A stretch of DNA of 64,000 bases, from positions 55,800,001-55,864,000 of the forward strand of contig OZ024745.1 of assembly GCA_964016885.1 (NCBI GenBank), given 5' to 3'. Origin of the DNA: Eledone cirrhosa. Its lineage: Eukaryota. Positions 27,332 through 41,865 of this stretch are shown here, piece after piece (position 1 is the first letter of the stretch; each line of letters starts with the position of its first letter). The notes beneath the pieces were generated by a model. The model saw nothing but the letters and a program-made list of their open reading frames with translations. It ran no database searches and was not told where the DNA came from. A program made the position numbers and the translations under genes.

Positions 27332-27373
27332 CTATTACCGGTTTCAGCATTTTTATGCATTATCAAATGATAG
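27332..27373 (-). ncRNA. Minimal hammerhead ribozyme, U3-A8 core
   Basis: TTGATAA-tGCATaaaaATGCt-GAAAC-CG-GTA-ATAG. Confidence 0.5.
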
Positions 27374-27664
27374 TGATATGTATTATTGTGGTGTCGCATA
27401 TGTTAAAGAGAATGTGCAGAGAGAATAATGTTATTTACAAACAAGGTTTATGAAGTGAAAAGAAAAAAGAAAAATGAAAAAACACGGGCCTAATGTTGAG
27501 CATAATTAGTCAATGTGAAAGAAAAAATAATGTTATTTAGTGGCATAGTTATTGAAGTTAAGCAGATCAAAATGTGTTAATATAGCAAGAGTGCTTAGTT
27601 GATCCTTGATTCCATGGATCAACTCACATGTGAGAAAAACCACATACCATACATCTCAACTCTA

Positions 27665-27700
27665 CTTTTGAAAAGCAGAAGAACTGCGAAACCGGTAAAG
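27665..27700 (+). ncRNA. Minimal hammerhead ribozyme, U3-A8 core
   Basis: CTT-TTGAAAA-GCAGaagaaCTGC-GAAAC-CG-GTA-AAG then AATAAA and (TA)n. Confidence 0.7.
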
Positions 27701-27734
27701 GAACTAAATAAATATATATATATATATATTTTTA

Positions 27735-27841
27735 AAATAAGACTCCAGTTGCATTTTCGATTTCATCTTTTTTTCCTTATACTTTCACTCGTGTAGGACA
27801 CCCCGGTTATTTTCATTTTGTAAAAAACCTCACTTTCTAAT
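27735..27841 (+). repeat. Short TA-flanked repeat, inverted copy at 32968-33054
   Basis: TTTTCGATTTCATC...CACTTTCTAA matches reverse complement at 32968-33054. Confidence 0.8.
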
Positions 27842-27893
27842 ATATATATATATATATTCTAATGATTCTAATGATTCGGCGGAGGTCACGGAT

Positions 27894-29192
27894 TTGGTTG
27901 GGATCTATATAGCCCATAGACTCCAGAGCGAATTTACGGACCTCCACGGCGGAATATACCGCGACGATACACTTCTATTAGTCAAGAATATGAACAAACA
28001 AAACCTAGAAAGGCGACGTAAAAACATTAGGAAACTTTTCTTAGAACTAGGGCTTAATATTACCTTTGAACACAATCTTAAGGTGGTCAACTTCTTGGAT
28101 GTTACCTTCAACCTTAATAACGGTAATATAGAGCCATTTCACAAACTTAATGAAAATCTTAAGTACGTTAATGTAAAATCGAACCATCCTCATTCCATTA
28201 TTAAATCTATCCCTAAAAATATATCCATAAGGATCTCCCGACTGTCGTCTAATTTGCAGACCTTCAACGAGCATGCTGAATATTATAATGACGCACTTAG
28301 AAAAGCTGGTTACTGCGAGAAAATAGAATATCTAGACGATAACCACATAAGTACTATGAATAAAACACATCTAAGTCGAACTAGTATTGCACCACACACA
28401 CTCATCAATAGGCATACTAACAGGTGCAAACCACCAAATAGAGTCAGACGTAGAGAGTACATATGGTATAACCCCGTGTACAATTCTTCTATTAGCACTA
28501 AGATTATCTCACAATTCTATACACTAATCAATAAACACTTTACAACTTCACATAAATACTATAAAATCTTTAACTCGCGCACCATTAGACTCTCATACTC
28601 CACTGCACCTAACATAGAACAACTAATTAGAAAACTCAACTCAGCAATACTGAATAAGTACATCCCTAATGACTCAGCGCACAAGCATAGCAACATGCAA
28701 CGCACTAACATGCAACCACAACCCCACCAAACTATCCAGGATTCTACTGCAAAACATAAAAATAATTGTAACTTCACCAAACCAGGTACGTGCCCACTGA
28801 ATAACCAGTGCCTAGCACGCAATATTGTCTACCGGTGTACAATAAATTCCGGGACCAACAAATGGTATTACGTCGGATGTACCGCAACTTCTTTCAAGGC
28901 TCGCCTATACCAACATCGATCTTCGATCAGGCACGAGAAAATGCGCTCCGTAACAACCCTCGCCGATAAAGCCTGGCAGCTTCGGAGGAACAATCAAGCG
29001 TTCTCCCTTGATTGGCAAATTATTGCAGCTGCGCCTGCATATCAGCAAAATCATCGATTCTGCAAGTTATGCAATTTAGAGATATACTGCATTTTAACGT
29101 CGGTAAACAAACTTTTGAACAGCAAAATTGAACGTTCTCTATACTGTAACCATCGTTTGAAAACGACTTTTTCTTTTTTTAAATGCATATAA
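27894..29192 (+). CDS. PLE RT (YRDD) + Cys linker + GIY-YIG endonuclease, 5'-truncated
   Basis: GGIYRDD, VNFLDVT, SNHP, CPLNNQC, IVYRC...YYVGCT, FKARLYQH, CKLCNLE...CNH. Confidence 0.9.
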   Translation: MVGIYIAHRLQSEFTDLHGGIYRDDTLLLVKNMNKQNLERRRKNIRKLFLELGLNITFEHNLKVVNFLDVTFNLNNGNIEPFHKLNENLKYVNVKSNHPHSIIKSIPKNISIRISRLSSNLQTFNEHAEYYNDALRKAGYCEKIEYLDDNHISTMNKTHLSRTSIAPHTLINRHTNRCKPPNRVRRREYIWYNPVYNSSISTKIISQFYTLINKHFTTSHKYYKIFNSRTIRLSYSTAPNIEQLIRKLNSAILNKYIPNDSAHKHSNMQRTNMQPQPHQTIQDSTAKHKNNCNFTKPGTCPLNNQCLARNIVYRCTINSGTNKWYYVGCTATSFKARLYQHRSSIRHEKMRSVTTLADKAWQLRRNNQAFSLDWQIIAAAPAYQQNHRFCKLCNLEIYCILTSVNKLLNSKIERSLYCNHRLKTTFSFFKCI

Positions 29193-29603
29193 TGTTACCT
29201 TTTTACACCAACGTTTGCAAATTTCTGTCTTATATGTTTATACACTAGATATGGCTTTCTATAATAATAGTACTAAACACTGTTTTTCTGGACCTCTTTA
29301 GAAATAACCTGCTACTATAATAGCCCTAATAACTTGTCTGTGACATTGTACCACTTTGACCCCTCTAACTAAATTTTGTCCGAACAACACCACTAGAAGT
29401 ATCTACTTCCCAGCCAACCTTAGCACGCCTCATTAAGCTAACTGCTGCCAAAACATTCTCTCTTCACAATCTCTACTAGTCTGACAGTCTTAAACCCTAA
29501 GACTCCCTCCACCTTACTCACTTCCCTCTTCCCCTTCTCTTCCTACCTCCTTCTTTATCTTTTATCTAGTGTATGAAATATTTTCATATCATTCTAATAC
29601 AAT

Positions 29604-29718
29604 GGTCTGATGACATGGTGTGTTGGCTTACAGTGTACTTTCGGTTTTTGATAATATTTGTGTATTATTCAAATAGCGAGGTATAGGTAACTCATACACT
29701 ATAGAAACAATTGTTACC
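29604..29718 (+). ncRNA. Hammerhead ribozyme with elongated stem II and palindromic stem III
   Basis: GGT-CTGATGA-(ATGGTGT...ACACTAT, about 90 nt)-GAAAC-AATT-GTT-ACC-TAATAAA. Confidence 0.65.
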
Positions 29719-29756
29719 TAATAAATTCTATATACCCGCATTTCCATTTCGTAAAT

Positions 29757-32974
<3,218 letters not shown>

Positions 32975-33050
32975 GTGACGTTTTTTACAAAATGAAAATA
33001 ACCGGGGTGTGCTACACGAGTGAAAGTATAAGGAAAAAAAGATGAAATCG

Positions 33051-33131
<81 letters not shown>

Positions 33132-33182
33132 ATATGTATATATATATATATATGTATGTATATATATATATATATGTATGTA

Positions 33183-33563
33183 TGGCAGAATTCTAGGAGA
33201 AGGAAAACTCTGATATAACACCTGCAACTCTGATGGTATCCAATGATATTGACTTGTTCTTCTTTTTGGTAAATATCATCTTGGTTAAGAGAGTGGGACT
33301 GGCTTTGTGCAGTGCCTTTGCTCACTATAAAAGCTTCACGGCACAGGCATTGCTTTATATCAGGAGATCTCTCTGCACTTGTCATCACATGGTACCATGG
33401 GCCCAGCACTATGTGTCAATAATTGTCACAAGTGTAGTGTTTGTACCAGAGTTTTCAAGTCGCTGGCTGGACTAAAAAGTCACACTTGTTTAGCGCATCG
33501 GTAGGCGTTCTCCTACATGGATATAAAGTAGTGGCCGTACTCGAAAACGAGTTGGCAGCCACC
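33183..33563. mobile_element. Second copy of the 9157-9780 repeat
   Basis: Near-identical to 9401-9780. Confidence 0.8.
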
Positions 33564-33621
33564 ATATATATATATATATATAATACATAAGAACAAAAGA
33601 TGGTTAAAAGAGTTCCATGTA

Positions 33622-33688
33622 TTTTATTATGCGCATTTCAAAAACAAATATCATCATGCAATAATATTTGTGTTTTCATCAGATAAAA
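33622..33688 (-). ncRNA. Type I hammerhead ribozyme
   Basis: TTTTAT-CTGATGA-stem II-GAAAT-GCGC-ATA-ATAAAA; palindromic ATGCGCAT. Confidence 0.75.
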
Positions 33689-33781
33689 CAGGAGGACATG
33701 ATATGAAGGTTAAAAAACACTTGTTCATTTAAAACTGAACTATCTACAAGTGTTTTTTAACCTTCATATCATGTCCTCCTG

Positions 33782-33846
33782 TTTTATCTGATGAAAACAA
33801 ATATTATTGCATGATGATATTTGTTTTTGAAACGCGCATAATAAAA
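33782..33846 (+). ncRNA. Type I hammerhead ribozyme
   Basis: TTTTAT-CTGATGA-AAACAAATAT...ATATTTGTTT-GAAAC-GCGC-ATA-ATAAAA; one stem III mismatch. Confidence 0.7.
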
Positions 33847-33979
33847 TACATGGAATTCTTTTAACCATCTTTTGTTCTTATATATTATGTATACTCCAGT
33901 CCTACAAACTGTAGAGTGCTTCTTATCCGATATCTGTATTGCTTTATTGCTTTATTGTACTACAATAAAACTCACCTCC

Positions 33980-34053
<74 letters not shown>

Positions 34054-34312
34054 ATTTATTTTCCTTTAAAAATATTGTTTGTGTCAGATAATATTTTATT
34101 GAAAGTAAGTCGTTGGGGGTTATCGGTAAAACATAGTTATATTTGTTTTGCGGATTTTGATAAGTATGTTCGTCTACAAAATAGTATTCGAATCTGCTGC
34201 ATTTGGTAATACAATTCTCTTTTCACAGTTTTTTAAACATTTTGGAGTTGTATATATTTCTAATTAATTCATCTGAATCTAAATGACTTCACCTATATAT
34301 ATATATATATAT

Positions 34313-34518
34313 AGGAAAATGTTCAAGACCCCGACAGCAGAGCTCAAGCCATTTCAACGGCTATTTCTGTCCATAAATATCCGTTTCAACGGCTTTTGCT
34401 GTCAAGAAATAACCGTCGGGGTCTTGAACATTTTCCTATTACCCCTTCTACTACACTAAGTATTGAGTACTCTGGTGCGTTATGGTGCACCTGGTTCCTT
34501 AACCACAATTCCTTCGTT
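34313..34518 (+). mobile_element. Short fold-back copy of the 26095 family
   Basis: Inverted AGGAAAATGTTCAAGACCCCGAC / GTCGGGGTCTTGAACATTTTCCT; same tail. Confidence 0.8.
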
Positions 34519-36885
34519 ATATATATATATAAATATTAAGAATGGACTTACAATAAATAAACGAAGAATTGCTGCTTCAGTGTTACTTCATAGATTGGGT
34601 TTTGGGGGGTTTATTATGCCGAAATATGTTCGACTATATGTATATATGTGTGCGTCTTTGTATGTGTGCGTATGAATGTGTGTCAAACATCATCGCCACT
34701 CATAAGCCATCGAAATGAAACGGACACTGTGCTATTTCATCTTAACTACATATGATATCACATTCCATTACTAGATTGGTATCATGATTCCTATACGTAT
34801 TTGCTTATTTATAGGGAACTGATGGACTCCTTATCCTACGACTGGAAATGCTTTGCATGCATTTATTTGAGATACATGATTTTAAATATGTTTATTCTTT
34901 CTCTAGTAGTCACAGCAGCCTTGACCGAATATGCAGACATTTATTCTGGTATCCATGTCCTGAAAAGTTGTACAATTATGCAAGTTAAGTCACAATTTCT
35001 GTACTCCCCCAAATTACATATCCTCGAAGCAAAATATTAATTTTCTCTCTAGCACAACAATGAAGTTCATCTGCCCACAAATAGAATAGGTCATTTTTCT
35101 TTAAATCCCAAAACGATGTATGACACATGTTATAATGCACATATTCAGCAATAGAATTTAACAGCTTTAGTTTCCATCCACACACAGGAAGAATATTTAT
35201 ATATTTTTACCAGAAAAAGGGTGGTCTGCCTGTGATATTATCTCTTGGATTCTTACAAAAACAATCCCACTATCACAGTATAGTCTCTTCTGGCTCACTC
35301 TGGTCTGGCCAATATTATAATATCTATGAAACAAATCAATGTTCACACACCTTTAAAACACTTCATAGTGACCATTTAGATGGCCCGTGTTATATTCCTG
35401 GTAATGATACTACTTCGCATTTCACATTAAATTCGAATGTCATTCACAAGCAACCGAAGCTCTACATTCCCCAACTATATCAATCATACAATATGAGACT
35501 CGGGAAACATTAACATATAGAGTTCCGAAAGTGTAATATATTATAAAACTCAAACGCACAAATAAAAATGTTATCGGAGAAAAGGTATTCTAATTTATGT
35601 TCTCTAGAATTGAACTGCATGCAAATAACATCCTCATTCTAGTTCACATAATCTATGGTGATCTTTCGGGGCGTTTTCACAAACACTATATTTCATTCTG
35701 ATCTCCTAATGTATGGTATTTCTATTCACGTCCAGTAACCTTTCCAGCTCTAATCAATTCTTTCCTGTCTACAATGCTCAAGGATGGCGTACTGGATTCT
35801 CATCTAGGATAGTGCTGCCGGTATTCAAACCAATATCCTACAATTCATTTGTTAGAAGGTCATTCAGCTTATAATAAAATGCTCATTCAGCAATACACTA
35901 CAACCTATAAGAAATAAACTACTTCAGGTGCCTGCCCATTATATCACTACAACTATTCAGTAGCATAACGTCTCCACTCCCCTCATAGTTACACATCGAC
36001 TCACCTCTTTTTAAGCGATCTGCTCTGCCTTTCCAATGACAAGCCACTTCGCCAGCGTTGCTCAATGTACACCAGAAGTTCAACCACTAGGAATGTCCTC
36101 GCTATCAAAGTATTTCTATACACTTATAACTCCCGATGATGAAAATGTTCGTGAACAACATCGATATGTTGTAGATAATGTACAAAGATGTCACAGTAGT
36201 TCTGGCAGATACGAAACAACATTCCATTTTATTTAGTGGACATACTTCTGTAAATTAAACACCACCTGTTTAACGATACCCACCTCTTTCATCGAGAGGA
36301 AAGTATTTTTTAATGATAGAATATCAGCCACACACATACATACATATTATTTTAATATCGAGCTAACCACCCAGGAATTCTAGTCGGTTGGCTGTGATGC
36401 AGACAGAATGAAGCACGCAGCGACATGTATAAATGGTAAAAGCCGTAGTATTATAGAGTATTAAATACATCCAAGTTTATATGCAGTTGTATACAGGCAT
36501 ATTTTCATCACCATGAAACATAATGTGCTGAGGTCGACGGCTGAATAGTTCTCTACCTACACAATCCACCGGTCTAACTCATCGTATGGTATAAAAGTAA
36601 TTAAGCAATTACACACAATTTAAAGTTGTCAATCTTTTCCCAACACTCTTGCCCTAACTATCGTTTTCTAATTTTTTCACACAACTTTCATGTAACTACC
36701 TGTTCTCTCCCTATCCAACATTTCCCGACGAAAGACTTCCGTTCGAAACGTAGAATTCTACTCCACTTCCTCTAAGCGTGGACATAAGGAGACTTTGTGT
36801 TTTAGATCCCTGTATTTGTTTTGTTCTATGTATATATATATATTCACACACACATACACACACACACACATTCACACACACACAA

Positions 36886-37470
<585 letters not shown>

Positions 37471-38989
37471 ATATATATATGTGTGTGTGTGTGTGTGTTT
37501 ATTGTGTATGTATATGTGTAATTAATTGATATTTCGTAGGATTTCACATTTCACTAGACGACGGATCTAACAAAGACTAGATGTGTCACGCATCGAAAGC
37601 ATATAATTCGAGCGTAAAATTATTTAATTTCCTGATATCACGTATTTGATTTCGCCTTTTCAGGTTCACACTTGAATGAAATATGTTTTATCTATCTCGT
37701 TTTTTTTTTCTTTCTCTCGATCGCCCTCGTGTTCTCTTTGTCTTCTTTCTCTCTTTCTTTATCTCCCCCCCCCCCTCTTCCTCTCTCATATATCTATATT
37801 TGTCATTAAATAATTGGCATATATTCAGTTGTATATTAGATAATTAGATTTATGCCTGAGTAGGAAACCAATATTATTAATATTTTCTAAATAGACACCA
37901 TGTCTACATTTGAATTGCTTTCGTGGATGTCTTTCTTGTACTCATATAATTCACATCTCATTATTTATGTGGTTATTAAATAATAAACACTTTCTTGAAT
38001 CTTCAACAGACATATTTTTTTCATGATGCTAAGAATTCAATAATTTCATCCGGATTATTCATATAACATACTGATGTTGATAGATGACCGTGCCTGTTCA
38101 TGAAAATGTTCGATAACAAAGCAAACAATTCTAAAAATAGTGAATATCTGTGACAATACAGCAATCTATATACTTTATTATTCCGTTTCTGTGCTAGCTT
38201 TGAATGTTTTATAAACAGGATTATGTGGAGGAAATAGCTGTTAATCAGTTTTCTACTAAAATTTGTATTCGTATTTTTCGTTTTCAAGATGGTACATTAA
38301 TATTGATTTAATCCCAAAATAATAATGTGCATAGTGAAGAGCATACTAAAGTTAAACAGATTAAGTTTGAGATATTATCATCGAACAAAACTAAATATGT
38401 GATCTAGTTTCATTACACCATACACATACGATAGATTGCTTTTAAAAGATTTTATCTTTCTTAGTCGCTCAAGTAATTCAATATGTTGTCGTCTAGTAAA
38501 TGCTGTACAAAACGAATTGACGGTGATTCATTTGAATCCAGAATCCATTAAATTGAGATTTCCTGTTTTTATCTCTCTTCCCGGTTACATCACTATGTCT
38601 TGCAATTAACCTTAATTTGAGCACATGTTGTTATGTCATGCGATATATTATATATTATTGTTACAACTATGCGTATTTGAATGGATATTCGTTTGTGTAC
38701 ACTACCGAGTGTTAATTCCCAAGTTAATATAACTCGGTGATGGAAGAATTTCTACATATACTAGAAAGGAACCATGTCCTTGAAATCTCTGACATGCATT
38801 CGGAAAGAAATGTAACTACAACGAAAAATACATGTTCTTTCAACACAGACTCGTAATTATTTAATATACCTACAATTTATAATCAGCGATGTTGAAAAAT
38901 AAAAATCTTCAACATCTATATCGGATAAATGAGCGGAAAACATAATAAGACGTGTAGGCTAACAAATAATTATATATGAAAGGTGACGC

Positions 38990-39597
38990 ATTAGGAATAG
39001 TGCGTTTGAATATATATATAAACGAATTGTGAGAGAAACTAGGCATAAGAGAAATCAGATGCAGTGAGCAGTAGAGGAGATTGCGTTGGTATGGATATGT
39101 GATGTGTATGAAGCATGATAGCAGTATAAAAAGGTGCAGATCACTCAAAGTTGATTGAAGCCATGGATTTAGGAGACCCAGGAAGACTTGGGATGGGGTG
39201 ATAAAAACTGACCTTGTTTAATTGCACCTCTTAAAAAAGATGTCAAAGGATCGATATCTCTGATGTTATGAAATAATAAAAAGAGTCGCCTTCCCATGGG
39301 CACAGGCTGAAGCGGAAGCTTATATGTAGTATGCAATAACCACACATCCACCCCACCTCACTCTTCCATACACCTCCCATTAGCACAGGCTAAAGCATAC
39401 ATCTAGTAAAACCTCCTGCTCACACAGTATAGTGTTCATGATGGCGACACGACAAAAAGCACCTAGTGCTCAATGTAAATGGGCTTGGCGTTAAAAAAGG
39501 GCATCCAGCCCTAGAAACCAAGCCAAAATCTGTTCTGTATGAGTAAGGCATGGTCACAGGATGTGGCAATTCTCACAACACAACAACTCTTCTAAAC
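38990..39597 (+). mobile_element. Decayed RTE LINE 3' end, interrupted by a hAT transposon and resuming at 42349-42408
   Basis: Translates RLRWYGYVM...RRPRKTW near 39077-39192; tail GGGCATCCAGCC...GGACGTTAAACG-(GAT)n is split across the hAT. Confidence 0.7.
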
Positions 39598-40249
39598 CAC
39601 AGGTTCTCAACCCATTTAGGCCAAACGCCCCCGTTTGTCCCTTGAAATCATGAAACGAAACCCCACCCACCCACACACACACCCTATTTTTCCATTTTTC
39701 AATATACTACTGATTTAGATATCAGTAGATTACTGAAAAATTGATTAACAATATTCAGGCAGCTGAGACTATAAATACATTCCTTGAAAGGAAATATATA
39801 AATTTCAAAAAAAGTAATATAAATGTACTTTTTTATGAATAAGGACCAGTTGAATTTGTTATATTCCCACCAGGCGTTACCAGCTATTTTGAACATTTAT
39901 ACAAGAGCAACTCTGTCTATCCCAAGAGTGCTCTTATCTGGAAGAAAGTGGCAATTATATCATTTCAAAGCTTTCCAATTTTCCCTTTAATGAAACGGAC
40001 AGAATAAATGTTGATATCAAACTTGATGTCCCCCTACTTTGTGAGCTTAGAGACCACGGAAGAGGATTTTCATGACCACACGGGCGGGTATATTTATTAA
40101 TAAATGGTAAAATATATACAACAAATGAGTAATTGAAATGTAGTAGATGGTTTCCAGTCCAGTCAGACTGCAACTACAAATAAAAAAATTGTTACTTTGC
40201 TTTGTAACAATAGCATATCCAAGTTTTAGGATATATCAACTTACTTTAA

Positions 40250-41305
40250 CTTTGACTCATTTCAATGGGACCCTTGAGCTTCATGGAGGCTAGCTAACTC
40301 TTTGACGTGAGGTTGAATTTTCTTGAGGTGTAGCCAGAGATTTCCACGTGTAATTACATTGTAGCGGTTGCGAGCCTTACTGTGCAGTCTGGAAACAACA
40401 CCAGACCTCCTCTCGACTAAGTATGAGCTTGGAAAAGGCAGAGCAAATCTCTTAGCCTCTGCATGTAGTTGTGGAAATCAACGCTGAATTTTCTCTTGCA
40501 TCCCCAAAAGGGGTTCACCTATTTTGGGAAATCTAATTTTGATCATGTCATCTGCTTGAAGTTCAATGAATTCTTCCTGAAATTTAACGTCCAAATCGTC
40601 GACGTTAGCTATGAAAGCATCTGCTATCCACATTGGGAGGTCCATCGGCAAAAGGTCGACAAACCGTTCTCTCATGTTGTCTTGTAGCGCACGGAGGTGA
40701 GTGGTATAAATTTGGAGTTGGTCATCGCTTACAATGTTTTGAACATTGGCGACACTAGGAAAATTATAGAACTCCCCTCAACAAAGATTCCTTTCGATGA
40801 CATTCAATTTGGCCAGGAATGTTTTCACAGCTTTTCTTTCTTTAAGCAAGGTGATCTTCTTCCCCTGCAAAGCCAAAATGACGCTATTGCATTGGTCGAA
40901 GATGTTGGTGAGGTAGGCGCAGACTTGCCTCACATCGAGGGTTTTCTTGTACAGTTCTGTGTTGCGTCCTCGCAGAAACTCAATGATAGAGTCGAAGAGT
41001 TGAAAGTACTTGCCCTTTGAAAGCCACCTCACTTCAGTATGAAGGAGCAACTTGACGAATTTTTCGTCATTATCTTGGCACAGTTGCTGGAAAATTCGTT
41101 CATTGCGGGAATGCCGTTTGATAAAATTGATGACATCAATGGTCACCTGCAAGGACTTGCTCAAAGGCTTGCTGAATTTCTTCGCAGCCAAGTGTTGTCG
41201 ATGAATGACACAATGAACAGCAAATACAGATAGATTTTCTCTCTTCAGAAGAGTGACGAAGCTCTTATGTGGCCGTCCATTGCTCTTGCGTCGTCCGTAG
41301 CACAT
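40250..41305 (-). pseudogene. hAT transposase fragment (ZBED8/SCAND3/Buster-like)
   Basis: HCVIHRQHLAAK, LLLHTEVRWLSKG, LALQG, MRERFVDL motifs. Confidence 0.85.
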
Positions 41306-41312
41306 GATACAA

Positions 41313-41865
41313 TGTGTGTTGTATGTGGTCCTAGATGTATGTATTACCTGCCTGTGTGTTGCATGTAGTGCTAGATGTATGTATTACCTGCTTATGTATT
41401 GCATGTGGTCCCAGCTGTATGTATTACCTGCTTATGTGTTGTATGTGGTCCTAGATGTATGTATTACCTGATTGTGTTGTATGTGGTGCTAGATGTTTGT
41501 ATTACTTGCTTATGTGGTCTTAGATATGTGTGCTACCTTCCTGTGTGTTTTATGTGGTCCTAGATGTGTGTGTGCTACCTCTTTATGTGTTGCATGTGGT
41601 CCTAGATGTGTGTATTACCTTATTATGTGTTGTATGTGGTCCTAGATGTTTGTATTACCTGCTTATGTGTTGTATGTGGTCCTAGATGTGTGTGCTACCT
41701 GCCTGTGTGTTTTATGTGGTCCTAGATGTGTGTGTGCTACCTTCTTATGTGTTGCATGTGGTCCTAGATGTGTGTATTACCTGCGTATGTGTTTTATGTG
41801 GTTTTAGATGCGTGTATTACCTGCTTATGTGTTGTATTTGGTCCTAGATGTGTGTGCTACCCACT
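41313..41865. repeat. Minisatellite of about 41-bp unit inside the hAT element
   Basis: Repeats of TGTGTTGTATGTGGTCCTAGATGTRTGTATTACCTGCTTA, about 13 copies. Confidence 0.9.

Larger units (their letters stand above)
33583..33983 (+). mobile_element. Fold-back PLE pseudo-LTR mini-element
   Basis: Inverted arms about 33583-33724 / 33746-33887; hammerhead in each arm; tail ACTC...TAGAGTGCT. Confidence 0.85.

Noticed and set aside
35300-36830. Possible decayed PLE with CCGATGA (about 36133) and CCGACGA...GAAACG (about 36725) motifs
   Set aside because: Cores mutated, helices incomplete and coding remnants too weak to call
41313-41865. Regular repeat array as possible CRISPR
   Set aside because: Head-to-tail minisatellite with no unique spacers; eukaryotic context, no cas genes
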